This document shows, piece by piece, positions 26,824-40,446 of a DNA stretch of 64,000 nucleotides. The position numbers and the translations under genes are program-made. The stretch's first letter is position 1; each line of letters opens with the position of its first letter. The DNA is from Octopus vulgaris (Eukaryota): assembly GCA_951406725.2 (NCBI GenBank), contig OX597826.1, positions 71,610,001 to 71,674,000 of the forward strand, written 5' to 3'. Below the pieces are notes generated by a model that was not told the origin of the DNA, did no database searches, and saw nothing but the letters and a program-made list of their open reading frames with translations.

Positions 26824-28166
26824 TTAAACAGGAAGCCTGTGTGTTAGAACCAGTGGCAGGTTGACATAGAAAGGGTTAAACATACTTCTCATAAAGCCAG
26901 CTACTTGCACAAAGAGAGAACCTGTTCCTTGGTCAATTGGTAAGTTTATGATATGGAATTAGTCAATGAAACATTTAGAAGCAAATCAAATATGAGAGAC
27001 CATTCTTCAGTTTGACTGGAGATGGAAACTGTTACCTGTAAAGGTAACAGATTTCAGTATCCATTTCACAGCTTTGCTTCTATATACTCACTAAAACCAC
27101 CTTTAACACTACTAATTAAGTCATAAGCTTTCTCTAACTTGCTGCAAGCCATTCGAGCAACAGCTCACGGCTGTAAATCTATTTAATCTTATTAGTCAAC
27201 TTCTTTTAATTAGGAGACAGAGAGACTTGATAGTATCAAAGTAATGGAGTGAATAACATCAGCCGCTGCTTCAACAGAACTCACACTATTACTAAACACT
27301 ATTATTAACTGCCTAATGTCACTACAGTTATGTCTTCAAAGAAAGGAAATTGCTGCTGCTCAGGGTCAGAGGCTAAGAGCAAATTATCAAAAACTATTTG
27401 ATTTTCTCTTCTCTTTCCTTTAGTCTTTTATATCCTTTTTTTTTTTATCAAATTCAGACACCAGCATATTGTTGAAACATCTGAGTTTTTTTAGAGTTTT
27501 TTTTTCCGACTGGATGAAGAACCTGTTTGACAGCCAGACACACTGAAGCAATCAATGTTACATGCTTAGTCAAGGTATAAAATATGTAATACTGTTGTGG
27601 TAAAATGGTTTGAATTTACAAGCATGCAGTCAGCAAATTTCGCATCAAATAACTATTTTCCTGGCAGGATTCATGAGTCAGAAAGCACAGAGGAACAAGA
27701 CATTGAGAGATAGCTCATTATTCTAATAATCATTTCCAGTGTTCATTTTGCCAGAGTACAACAAAATATATTACAAGTTATTGACTCTATTCACTCTTCT
27801 CCCCTCTTGCTCTTATGTAACTAGTGTTTCAATTGACTAATATCAACACTTTTAAGATAATTGAATTGGCGTGGCTGTGTGGTAAGAAGCTTGCTTCCCA
27901 ACCACATGGTTTAGGGTTCAGTCCCACTGCATGGCACCTTGGACAAGTGTTTTCTACCATAGCCTTGTGAGTGGATTTGGTAGACAGAAACTGAAAGAAG
28001 TCCATAGTATATCATCATCATCATCTTTTAACATCTGCTTTCCATGCTAGCATGGGTTGGACAATTTGACTGAGGACTGGCGAACCAGATGGCTGCACCA
28101 GGCTCCAATCTGATCTGGCAGAGTTTCTACAGCTGGATGCCCTTCCTAACGCCAACCACTCCGAGA

Positions 28167-28210
<44 letters not shown>

Positions 28211-30275
28211 TCATCATCGTCGTCAACCATTGTCCATGTTGGCATGGGTTAGAGAGTTGTACCAGACTCCAGTCTGATTTGGCATGGTTTCTTCAGCCAG
28301 ATGTCCTTCCTAATGCCAACCACTCCGAAAGTGTAATGAGTGGTATATGTGTGTGTGTTTGTCCCCAGTTACCACTTGACAACTGGTGTTGGTGTGTTTA
28401 TGTCCCTATAACTCAGCAGCTCAGCAAAAGAGACCGATAAAACAAGTACCAAGGTTTACAAAAAAATAAGAAGTGAAGTTGATTCATTCGACTAAAATTC
28501 TTCAAGGTTGTGTCCCAGCATGGCTGTAGTCTAATGACTGAAACAAGTAAAAGATACATTTTATTAATCTCTGTAGAATGCAAAAAAGAAATACCGAACA
28601 AGTCCTGTGACCTGATTTCAATCCCAAACCAGAATGATTTCACTTTACTTACAACTGTGGTTTCGGGAAAAGCTGAAAATCAAAACATCCAAATTATTCA
28701 TTCACTTCTAAACTAAGAGTTTAGGACTTCTTTGTTTTCTTAATTAATCTGAAAAAGAAAAGTTTCAGTGAAAGACCAGGCATGTTCTGTCAGCTGGATG
28801 CCATTATCATATTTATGTCCATTTCCCATGGGTGAGATGGAATTTGTTGAGGCAGATTTTCTATGACCAGATGCCCTTCCTGTCACCAACACTCACCTGT
28901 TTCCAAGTAAGGTAATATTTCCCCCATGATCAGATATGTTTTTCACAAAAGATTGCAAAATCAAGGACACCATTTCCATGACAGCAACACTTGTTTACAA
29001 CCACCATGCAATATCAAAGCAAGGAGACAACACATACACACACACACACAATGGGCTTCTTTCAGTTTCTTCTTGTCAAATTCACACACAAGGCTTTGGT
29101 CAACCTGGAGTTATAGTAGAAATCACTTGCCTAAGGTGTCACACAGTGGGACTGAACCCAGAACCATGTGGTTGGGAAGCAAATTTCAGTAGAGCATGGC
29201 CTATAGGTAGAGAAAGGATATAGGTTCAGGATGGTTGTGTGGTTAAAAAGTTCACTTCACAGCCACGTGATTTCAGGTTCAATCCCACTGTGCAGCATGT
29301 TGGGCATATGTCTTGTACTATCCTCAAGTTGACCAAAGCCTTGTGAGTAGATTTGCAAAATAGAAACTGAGTTTGTGTCTCCTTATCTTGACACCAGGTG
29401 ATAGTTGCAAACAAGCATCACTCTCATACAAACAGCATTGCTTGTATCAAATTGTTGATGAAAACATCTCTTAAATGATCTGATTTGAGAACAAGTGTGA
29501 GCTAATGTCAAGAAGGTCATCCAGCTGTAGAAAATCTGCCTCGTGAATTTTGTCTGCTCATGCAAAAATGGAAAAGTAGACAGGATGATGGAAACAAGAA
29601 CAGAGATAAATTGCAAAAAGAAAGATGACTGGGTAAAGTGTTCAATGTGTGTTCTGGAAGCTGAATGATGCAAGGAGGAAAGATGGATTCAGTTTCAACA
29701 GGAATGGTACACAAGCTAGTAGTTTAGAGAAGCAGAACTGTTGCAGTAACGACAGAAGATACCGTGTTTAACCCTCTGATCAAGGAGGTTCCAAACATGA
29801 CTATCCTATCTTAGTCTTAAGCATTAGAAAATTTCAAGTTTGGCAATGTTATATATCTTTGTGTGTGTGTGGTCACTTTAAAAAAAATCAGAGTTTGTGA
29901 GAACTAGCACTAGAAATCACCATAAGAAATGTTTTCAGTTCAAATTGAAATGATGGCTTTGTCTTTCTTGAGTCAGTATAATAATCCTCAGTTGTTGTTT
30001 AGGGCCAGGTCATTTCTGATTGAGCAGACCTATGCTCAAAGACATCCCTCTTAACCAGGACTACATTATCCTTTGTAATCCCTTTTCAAGTTTGTATGGT
30101 AAGATTTGGTAGCAATTACAAACAGGTTGAGTGACCATAAAGCGATAATTACTTGTTGGCCTGAATACACAAAATGCTAGTTATGTACAGAGGTGCTTGT
30201 TTGAGAACTGCAAAAATAATTCTATATCTATAAACATCTTGTCATTGAAGCTGGCAACAATTCGCTAAGTCAATA

Positions 30276-30437
30276 GGCGCAGGAGTGGCTGTGTGATTGG
30301 TAGCTTGCTAACCAACCACATGGTTCCGGGTTCAGTCCCACTGCGTGGCATCTTGGGCAAGTGTCTTCTGCTATAGCCTCGGGCCAACCAATGCCTTGTG
30401 AGTGGATTTGGTAGACGGAAACTGAAAGAAGCCTGTC

Positions 30438-30497
<60 letters not shown>

Positions 30498-30705
30498 ATG
30501 TGTTTGTGTGTCTGTGCTTGTCCCCCTAGCATTGCTTGACAACCGATGCTGGTGTGTTTACGTCGCCGTCACTTAGCGGTTCGGCAAAAGAGACCGATAG
30601 AATAAGTACTGGGCTTACAAAGAATAAGTCCCGGGGTCGATTTGCTCGACTAAAAGCGGTGCTCCAGCATGGCCGCAGTCAAATGACTGAAACAAGTAAA
30701 AGAGT
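30276..30705 (+). mobile_element. Full-length tRNA-derived SINE (family A) with internal (TA)n(TG)n
   Basis: Head GGCGCAGGAGTGGCTGTGTG (A box), GGTTCAGTCCC (B box), tail GCTCCAGCATGGCCGCAGTCAAATGACTGAAACAAGTAAAAGA. Many further copies in the window. Confidence 0.9.
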
Positions 30706-32185
30706 ATAAAGAGAGAGTAACTCATTACTGAAGTTACTTAACATTTAAAAGGTTTTTTTCATTATGAAATTATAAACTATTTACTTTGTATATATATGTG
30801 TGTGTTTTCAACAGTTTTATGTGAATTTCTACTGCACCTATTGGTGCAGTGGAAATTCGCAATGGCCAAAATGATAAAGATTTGCAATGCAGTTGTGGGC
30901 AATTTTTACCTTCCGTGAGAATACCGGTAACATGCGGCATCAATCTAATCGACTACACCATCCTCTCCAAACAAATGTGGAATTCTGGAAAGTATCTCCA
31001 CGCTATTTAGTTACATCCCTTGATATTCTAGCTTCAGATGCTATCGACGTCGACTTCCAGGATAGAGAAAATAAATTCCAGCTAAAAATACTAGGGTTCA
31101 AATTAAGCAGCCAATATCCCAAAATCTGTGGTGTTTAAGTCTTGGTGGGTGACAGAAATTCAATACCAGATACGCCGCATTAGGCTGTTTCTTTACCTTC
31201 TGTGTTCAAACCTCGTCGGGATCGATAAACTAAATGTACTGGGTCGATTAAATCAACTATATTCATACTCCTCCTTGAATTATTTGTGAACCCATATCAA
31301 TAACCTATTGTTGTTGTTGTTGTTTTAAATTTAACAACAAAAAAATGCAGTAGTTAAAATATTTCTTATTTATATCATAAATAACCATGTTACCTACCAT
31401 AAGTCTCTATGTAGCTGATCTATATCGTCAAACATAAATTCGATTACAAAAAGGGAAAAAAGAAGACATCTTTGCAAACCATAATATGAACAAATCAGTC
31501 TTTAAATCCTACTAAAATAAACATCTTCTTTCATTCCTCCGAATACAAACAAAACAGCTTCTATATGGTTGCCGAGGGGTAAACTATACGACCAGTCCAG
31601 TCAGTAACGTCAAGTTTTTTGATACGAAACCGAAACAAACCGTGAACAAGTTACTGTTATTAATATAAACAGACTATCGTAAAATGAAAAGTATTATAGC
31701 GGAACTTATACAATGGAATTTCATCATTTACAGTCGTATTCTTGGTTATGGATATTAACAACACAGACTTTTAAAATACATTGTTATTTACTAATCGTTA
31801 ATATGAAGGCGACGACTGTACAATTGTTGCTCGTCCGTTCGCGTGTGTCTGTTCGTTCGCTGGCATAGTTTGAATTCCCGCTGTTAAAATACAGTCGCAA
31901 CAAAATAAGACAAACATGTAAACATATTGCAAATATATTATCAGTTTCAAAGCTGAAGTAATGAAACAGAAAATCTAAACAAAAACACGGAATTTCATTT
32001 TCAGTCGAGCAAGTTTGGCTGTTATTTCATCGAGAAATCCTACAAAAAAAACGATAAGTAAGCAACGATTGGGGGAAAAGTCGACGGTTTATAAAAAGCA
32101 GAGGCTATATTCCAAGACTGGGATGAAATAAAATAGATTTCGACCTATTTTTGGCCGAGAATTTAAGATGTTGAAATTGTCTCAC

Positions 32186-32209
32186 CTCTCCAGCTGACCC
32201 GAGCGCCAT
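32186..32209 (-). CDS. NXT2: NXT (NTF2-related export protein) coding exon 1, MALGSAGE
   Basis: ATG in AATATGGCG context just downstream of ETS sites. Phase-0 donor GAG|GTGAGA at 32185 joins in frame to the 87-nt exon at 25253. Confidence 0.7.
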
Positions 32210-32270
32210 ATTGTATGTAGCATGACACCGGAAGTAGAATAATGACTCACGACTCACTTCCGGTGTATAC
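32200..32270 (-). promoter_or_regulatory. Core promoter of NXT with paired ETS sites, AP-1-like site and YY1-like motif
   Basis: ACCGGAAGT at 32227-32235 and ACTTCCGGT at 32256-32264; TGACTCA at 32243-32249; AATATGGCG (minus, 32204-32212) overlapping the ATG. Locally CpG-rich and largely repeat-free from about 30.9 to 32.5 kb. Confidence 0.7.
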
Positions 32271-32829
32271 CTAATGACCGAAATTCTCGTTTTTTTATTG
32301 TTTTAATTGTTTTCTGAGGAGAAAAATTAAATACCTGCAGAGATCTAAAATCATGCTTTAGCTTCGTTGTTTCTTTAATTTTTATTGTAAATCTGTGAGA
32401 GTTGTTGTTCACAGTGATAACGGGGAGCCTGTTGCTTACTTGTATCTCGACTCTGGTCCATTTGGTCTGACATTGCAATTGGTCTTTGAATGTTATCCAG
32501 TCTTAGAACCAAAGACAAATAACTTTCAATGGCTGGGGTCACCTATCTATAAATAAGTATCATGTGGAGGTGCTATTTACCACATGTTTTTCTCCATCAA
32601 GAAACTAAGTTACGAACTATATAGCAGAGACAGAATTCGTGCATTTATGTATGGTCGATCAAAACTGCTAGAAACAGCAGACAAATCTTTTTTAATTCCC
32701 ACCACACTCTGTCTTAATGAAGAAAGTACACCTTATTTAAATTAATCTTAGCTATATCTAACAATAAAAGATGGGATGTTGCTACATACGTACGTACAAG
32801 ATAGTCACTGGAATAATAAATCAAATAAT

Positions 32830-33170
32830 TCTGGAAGGTGTCATACCCAATGACTAGTGCTGCAGTACCATTTTAAACTATATCAATGGCAAGGTGATGT
32901 ACAAGAGAGAGAGAGGAAATTACAGAGACACCAAATTGTGAACCAAATTTTGAAAATTACAAGAAAGGCTATTGTAAAACTGACTAGAGAATGTTTTAGT
33001 GTGGATGAGAGGCAATTTAGTTTTGTCCCAAGAAGAGGCACTTGTTGCCATATTCCGTGTCAGACAATTGCAAGAGCAATACATGACTAGAAATAATCTC
33101 CTATAACTAACATTCATCAATCTGAAGAAAATCTTTATTAGGATTCCTCACACTGATGTGGTGGGCACCA
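32830..33170 (+). mobile_element. Decayed RTE RT fragment
   Basis: ERQFSFVPRRGT and IFRVRQLQEQY-like segments. Confidence 0.7.
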
Positions 33171-33294
33171 GTGGCCCAGCAACAAAATTTGGTAAGAGGG
33201 TGCAAACTGACGTCCTAATTTTTTTAATGAAAAATGTGGATTTTTTCCAATGTTAGCATTAAAACAAACAGATATAATAATAATTTTTATTATT

Positions 33295-33795
33295 ATGATG
33301 GTCGGCTGAAATGTTCATAATCTGAGCAAGACACTCTCAATGGAATGTGACCAAATGAAGTTCATTTTCTAACATAGTTCCTCTTACTGTCCACACACTT
33401 CCATAAGTAGTTACAGTGCTTGGATCGCACTGGTGAAGAAGATTTTCTGTTGGTCAAAATGGTCATCAACAGCAGTTAAGATGTCCCCATCATAGTGATA
33501 CTGGTACCCAGCTGAGTGTTTTTCTATGTTGGAAAACAGATGATAACCAGATGTAACCAAATCACTAACATAATGAGGGTGATCAACCAATTCAAAGCCA
33601 GTCACACACAGCAGCCATTGAAACCAAGGACTTGTGTGCTGAAGCATTGTCCTAATGAAACAAGACCCCATTCATCAATTTTTCTGGGTGTTTGGTCTTG
33701 ATAGCCTTTCATAACTGCCTTAGGAAGTTTCATTGAAATTTTCCATTGATGGTGTGATCATTTTGAAGATAGTCAATAAACAATATTTTTTTGCA
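33295..33795 (-). mobile_element. Mariner transposase remnant
   Basis: FELVDHPHYVSDLVTSGYHLF, a degenerate form of HPPYSPDLAPSDYHLF. Confidence 0.75.
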
Positions 33796-33799
33796 TTAA

Positions 33800-34018
33800 C
33801 CCTTTTGTTACCGACCCGGCTGAAACCGGCTTTGGCTCTGAGTACAAATGTCTTGTTTTCATAAGTTCTGAATTAAAATCTTCCACCAAACCTTAATCAC
33901 AATTTATGTTCCTAACACTAGCTTAATTACAACTAAGTTATTTTACTAAATTCTTTGTTATATTTTAAAGTAATTGAAAGAAACAGAGCATCTCAACAGA
34001 AATACAGTAACAAAAGGG
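33800..34018. mobile_element. TTAA-flanked piggyBac-like MITE
   Basis: TIR cccttttgttac / gtaacaaaaggg with TTAA TSD. Confidence 0.85.
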
Positions 34019-34802
34019 TTAATGTATGTAATAATGTGAAGTATATCTTGCATATTAAAATGCTTAATTTTGGAAATGTATCAAGCAGAGCTAAAATAAG
34101 CAGTAAAAATACAAATTGCAAGTATTTCAAAATGTACGACACTACATGACAAAAAATAACAAAAAAAAAGGAAGAAAATAGTGGTGCTTGTGTTCCAAAG
34201 GTACAAGGAGAAGGCTCGGGAGAAGGATAGAGAGATGGGGTAGAAGGGAAGGAAGATAGAAGGAAAGAAAAGAATGGAAAGTGAAAAGGTAAACTGGGTG
34301 GGGATCTGAAATGAGTAGTAGGCAGGAGATTGGCCCCTGTGCCAGTGACAGGTAAGAAAAGCACCCATGACACTCTCAGAGTGGTTGGCGTTAGGAAGAG
34401 CATCAAGCTGTAGAAACACTGCCAGATCAGACTGGAGCCTGGTGCAGCCTCCTGGCTTCCCAGGCCCCAGTTGAACATTTCAACCCATGCTAGCATGGAA
34501 AACAGACATTAAACAATGATGTCTTACTTATGAATTGGTCAAGTAGAAAAACAATGAGTTATAAAAAATTGGATTGTCTTTTGGTACCAAAAAAGCGAAG
34601 AAAGAGAGTAGAGAAGGTTAGGGAAGAGCAAGTAGGAAGAAAGAGAGAGTGCGGAGAAATAAGGGAATAAAGATAGACAGTAGGTAGTTGACAGAGATGG
34701 ACAGAGGAAGAAATAGAAGGCAGTAAAGAGAGAAAGACAGCAGAGAGGTAGATAGAGGGAAGAGGAGAAGGACAGAGAAATAGATAGAAAAGAGAGAAAG
34801 TC

Positions 34803-36985
34803 TTGCACCAAATATTGTGTAGGCTACCACTGTCCATGAGTGTTTGTCATATGGAATTCAAAAAGGTACCCAGGGTTGTTGTTGGAAATATGGTGGATAA
34901 TCTTGTGGGTGTCAATCAAGTCAGTTGCCAGACGTCTAAGGTTCAATGTATCCATCCCCAGGGAAGCAAGATGTTCAGAGTATGGTAGATGGCTGACAGC
35001 GGGTATTCACTTTGTTGCCCATTTCTGAACAGTTTCCAGGAGATTTATATGCAGAGCAAGAGAGGGGTTCCAGGCTGGTGATGCAAATTCCAAGTGTGGA
35101 CATACCATTGTCGTATACAATTTTAAATAGATAGCTGGAGAGTGGCTGACAAAGGTATTACTGAGTGATGCTAGCACCCACCCTCTCAGCCTTCTTGACA
35201 ATCTTAGAGATGTGGTTTGTCCAATGCAGATCGTTGTTTACAATGATACCCAGATCATGTCCACTAGAAGATTTCTTGAGATTGGTGTGGCTGAGAGAGT
35301 ATGTTAAGGCTGGATTTTTACTCCCAAAATGCATGGTGACACACTTGTCTACAGCTAGCTTGAGTTGCCAGTCAGAGGTCCACTGCTGCATTGTATCCAG
35401 GTCTGATTGCAGGATAGGATCTGTTCTTTTTATTTCAAGGTACAGCTTGATGTCATCTGCATATTCCAGCACTGAAACATTTCTCAAATTGACATCTAGA
35501 TCATTAATATATGCAACCAACAGTAAAGGTCCAAGAACAGATCCCAGTGGTACACCAGAAGTAATCTCATAGGGTGAAGAATGATGTCCTAGAACCATAA
35601 CTACATCTTTCCGGCCCAGAATGAAAGACTTCACTCGGTTATAGAGATCATCCTTCACACCCATTGCAGAGAGTTTTACCATGAGTTGTTTGTGTGGTAC
35701 AGAGTTGAAGACTTTAGCAAAATCAAGGTAGACAGTATCCACCCATGAGCCGTCATCAATAACTCAGGTGATGTCCTCAAGACACTTGATGAGTTGACTG
35801 CTGGAGTTGGGGATAAAACCAAATTGTGGGGGCTAAATAAGGCTGTGAGAGCTTAAAAAGTCCCAGAGTGTTTCCCTGACACAGGACTCCATCAGTTTGG
35901 CGATGCAGCTAGTAAGGCTGACTGGACAGTTGTTGACAGGTGATGTGCCATCAACTGTTTTGAACGGGGGAATAACACTGGCAATTTTCCAGTGCTCTGA
36001 AGTGACACAGTTGTTAAGGCAGAATTGACAAAAGGAAGAAAGCTGGTACAATAGAAAGAACCCACTACAATTGAGAAGAAAATAAGTTACACCATCAAGA
36101 CCAGGAGAGGCATAGTTGCACTTATTCTTGAGATGGTGTCACAGCATTGTGGGTGTGAATTTCACAGATGTTATGGAATTTGATGTCAGAGTTGGTGAAG
36201 AAGATACATTGGGGTTATCAGCAGTAAAAATGCCAGTAAAGCATTCAGCAATAAGCTCAGTACATTCCTCGGCGTCATCAGTGATCTGACCTGTGTGAGG
36301 ATCATGAAGAGGGCCATTTGAGGAGTTAGATCTCTATTTTGAGCACACATATTTTCAGGACACTTTGCTGTCAGGGCTAGTTGCTATACATCAAACTCAA
36401 GCGCTGTCTTTTTCGTTGCTTGCTTGAGTCAGTTAGATGATCTGTTGCATCTTCTTCTGCTCTCATCTTTTCTATGCTGTCTGTATTTCTGTTCAGCATC
36501 ACAACGATCTTTTCTGGCAAATCAAACTGCTGCCGTCTCCCAAATTACATTATTTTTATTTCTAGAGCGTTTGTACAGTAGTGATGCTTCATATGCCGTC
36601 CAGATTGCACTGAATATATCTTGAAAAACAGTATTGATATTCCCTGGATTGTAAAATTCAAACCAGTTTAGGTGTTGTAATTCCTTATGGTAACAGTTCC
36701 AGTCAAAGCGAATGGTTTAAAGGTGGTGGTGCTTCTTGTTTCTGCCTACAAGAGACAGATTGGCAATGAACATAGCGTGATTGGAGTCACCTAGAGGTTC
36801 CTTTGTCACAACACTGACCACAGTTCTAGGAGCGGTGGTAAAGAGCAGGTTCAAAGTGTTATTACCAATGAAAAGTTTCTCATTCAATTTCAGGGTAGTT
36901 GAAGTCACCAGTAATGAAAATATACATGGCTGTTATATATAGAACATCTAGCATTGTAGGTGTTCTAACACCAGCTGGGTGGTAA
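34803..36985 (-). mobile_element. Degenerate CR1/L2-group LINE ORF2 (endonuclease and RT)
   Basis: ITGDFNYPEI, EPLGDSNHAM, YLDFAKVFNSVPH, GVPLGSVLGPLL, YADD, VCPHLEFASPAWNP; frameshifted. Confidence 0.9.
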
Positions 36986-37419
36986 GAATAGGCACAAACG
37001 TGGATACGTGGTAAGAAGCTTGCTTCCCAACCACATTGTTCCTGGTTCAGTCCCACTGCACGACACCTTGGGCAATTGTCTTCTACTATAGCCTCAGCCA
37101 ACTAAAGCCTCGTGGGAAGATTTGATAAACAGAAACTGAAAGAAGCCAGCAAGCTGGCAAAAACGTTAGCACACCGGGTGAAATGCTTAGCAGTATTTCG
37201 TCTACCGCTACTTTCTGAGTTCAAATTCGGCCGAGGTCAACTTTGCCTTTCATCCTTTTGGGGTCAATTAAATAAGTACCAGTTACACACTGGGGTTGAT
37301 ATAATCAACTTAATCCGTTTGTCTGTCCTTGTTTATCCCCTCTGAGTGTAGCTCCTTGTGGACAGTAAAGAAATAAGAAACTGAAAGAAGCCCATCATGT
37401 ATATAAATATATATATGTA

Positions 37420-39905
37420 CAAGGACAGGGGAAGTCCCTCCTGAACCTCATCAACACTTTGTACATGGAGCAAAGAGTACTCCAACCAACCAGGGCAGGT
37501 AACATACTGGATCTCTGCTTCACAAATAATATGGATCTCATCCATAATGTGAAAGTGACACCAACGCTATTCTCGGATCACAACAATGTATAGCTGACCA
37601 TGTACAGTCCAAAGGAAAGCATGGACATGCAGCCTACAAGAAACTCTCAGAATCTTTCCAGCTTGAACTTCCATAAGGCAAATTGGAAACAAATTGAGAA
37701 AGAGATCTTCAAACAAAACTGGCCTAAATGTTTCTCCTCACCGGGCATTGACATGAAACTTCAACAATCCATGTCTGTAATGCAAGCCATATGCTACAAA
37801 TGTGTCCCAGAGAGAAAGGCCACTGTACACAAGAACAAAATCCCCAGGGAGAGGAAAATTCTTATGAGACGGTGTACAAAGATTTCAAATCGTCTAAACA
37901 AACAAATTGAAAGCACTGAAAATATAACTGCTGGAAATTGAAAAATGTCTGCAACTCTCCCATGAAAAAGGAAAGAGCAGACAAAGAAACCTGGGCTATA
38001 GACAATATAAAATCTAACCCTAGAGCTTTCTACAAGTTTGCCAAAGAAACAGTTACGGTGCACTACAGGATAGGCCACTCCTCGAAAAAGATGGTACACT
38101 CACAGGAAATCCAATGAGGATAAGTGAAATACTAAATGAGCAATTCAAAAGTATTTTCACTCCACCCCTAGGGCACTTTCAAGTCAGCAATCCAACTGAC
38201 TTCTTTACCACTGTAGATATAAAAACAGAGGCAATGATGATTGATTATATCAATATAAAGGAAGACGATGTAATAAGGGCTATAGATGAAATGAACTCAA
38301 ACTCAGCTACTAGCCCTGGTGGATTCCCAGCAATCCTTCTAAGAGTATGTAAGCGAGTCCTAGCAATACCACTGCAGTCCCTCTTTCAGAGCTTCCTTGC
38401 AACTGGCAAACTTCCAAGAAAACTGAAGGAGGGTAAAATATGCCCTATTCATAAAGGAGGTAGCAGAGCGGAGGCCAAGAACTACAGATCTATCTCTCTG
38501 ACCTCACACATCAGCAAGGTCATGGAACAAATAGTCAGAAGGAAACTAATCGCCTTCCTCAAAGAAAATGACTTGCTGCTTGACCAAGAAGCTACCTAAC
38601 TCAGCTCTTAGAACACAATGAATGGGTGCTGAAACAACTGCTCAACCACTCGAATGTGGAACTGATATATCTCGATTTTGGAAAGGCTTTTGATGAAGTC
38701 GATCATGGAGTATGTCACAAACTGCATGATCTTGGCATAACTGGAAAATTGGGAGAATGGCTTCATGACTTTCTGAAGGATAGAAGTCAGGTGGTAGTAG
38801 CCAATGACACGCAAATAGTGAGTGGTGATCCGCAAGGCACTGTTTTGGGACCACTACTGTTCATAATGGCCCTCTCAGACATGCCCTCAGCCACACAGAG
38901 AGCCACAATCACAAGTTATGCAGATGATACAAAAGTTTCACAGGTAATACAGAACCCTGAAGACACTATACACCTGCAATGTGAGCTGGATGAAACATAC
39001 AAGCGGGCTGAAAAGAATAGCATGCAGTTTAATGCTGATAAGTTTCAAGCTTTGTGTTATCAGCATGCAAAACTAAATGCAATACCCATTAAATACACTG
39101 GACCTGGAGGGATTGCAATCCCAGAGGCACAATCAGTGCAAGACCTGGGCATTTACATGAGTAATGAGGCAACCTTTCATGTGCATTTTGCTAAATTGGC
39201 AATGAAATGTAGGCAGCTGACCAGATGGATTCTTAGAACTTTTAGAACAAGAGACCAGGAAACCATGATGGTCCTCTGGAGAACACTTGTCCTAAGCCAC
39301 TTTGACTATTGCTCTCAGCTATGGTCACCAACCAGTGTCAAATTAATCTCAGAACTTGAGGCAATCCAACGAAGCTACACGAAGAAGATAGCCTCTATGC
39401 AGCATATAAGCTATTGGGAAAGACTCAAAAGATTAAGACTCTATTCCTTAGAGTGTAGACGAGAAAGATATGCCATAATATACATCTGGAAGATCCTGGA
39501 AGGACTTGTCCCCAACTTTGGCATCGAGAGTTACACAAATATTAGAACTGGATGCCACTGCATAGTGCCAAGGACTCCAAATTTGCCATCAAGATGTAGG
39601 ACAAGATACTGCAATAGCCTGGGCTTCAGAGGTCGACAGCTCATCAATATCCTCTCGAAGCACCTGACTGACCTGCATAGGGTGGATGTAGGTGTCTTCA
39701 AAATAAAGCTAGACCTCTTCCTATCAGGTGTCCCAGATGAACCAACTTTGCGACAGGAGACGCAGATGAGGGCAGCTGCATCAAACTCTCTCATGCAGCA
39801 AATGTCAATTGCTAAAAAGCATTCGTGAAGTAAAATTACGTAGCAATAGCAAATGGTGGTGCCCCAGCATGGCCACAGCTCGTGAGCTGAAACTAGTTGA
39901 AATAA
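37420..39905 (+). mobile_element. CR1-group (Zenon-like) LINE, 5'-truncated and frameshifted ORF2
   Basis: NYRSISLTSHISKVME, YLDFGKAFDEVDH, GDPQGTVLGPLLF, YADD; C-terminus VPDEP...RAAASNSL; short 3' tail. Confidence 0.9.
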
Positions 39906-40106
39906 AAAAAAAATTAAAAAATACATTGAAATATGTGTGTATGTGTGTATGTATGTATATATATATATGCATAGAATATAATTTCCAAATTTCATAAAGA
40001 TCCATTCAGTAACTTTGACCTAGTTTTGGATCATAAAAGAAATGACTAAAATTTGGGAGTTAAGGCTCCCATTAGGGTGTTACATATATATATATATATA
40101 TATAAT

Positions 40107-40157
<51 letters not shown>

Positions 40158-40446
40158 TACACACACATACAAAGATAAATTGATAGATACAACTGAGTGG
40201 AAAACAAAAATATGAGACACAGCCTAGTATTTTTTTTTATGTTGATAAGCCTGGTACTTATTCTATTAGTTTGTTCTTGTGAAATCAGTAAGTTATGTGG
40301 ATATAAATAAATGAACAGCAGTTGTGAAGCAGTGATGAGGGCGAAACACACAGAAAAAGACATACACATACACTTACATATATACATACATATATATATA
40401 TATATACGATTGATTTGTTTCAGTTCCTGTCTACGGAATCCATATA

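Noticed and set aside
27028-27050. ctgttacct-gtaa-aggtaacag hairpin
   Set aside because: A 9-bp stem is expected by chance in 64 kb of AT-rich DNA.
30276-30350. tRNA-like sequences (also 23670-23749 and 19020-19090)
   Set aside because: They are SINE heads continuing into SINE bodies, with no complete cloverleaf.
33993-34837. Ser/Leu/Phe-rich ORFs
   Set aside because: Antisense of GA-rich low-complexity sequence and a family C repeat.
38626-39828. 400-aa ORF as a host gene
   Set aside because: RT domain of a frameshifted CR1-group LINE.
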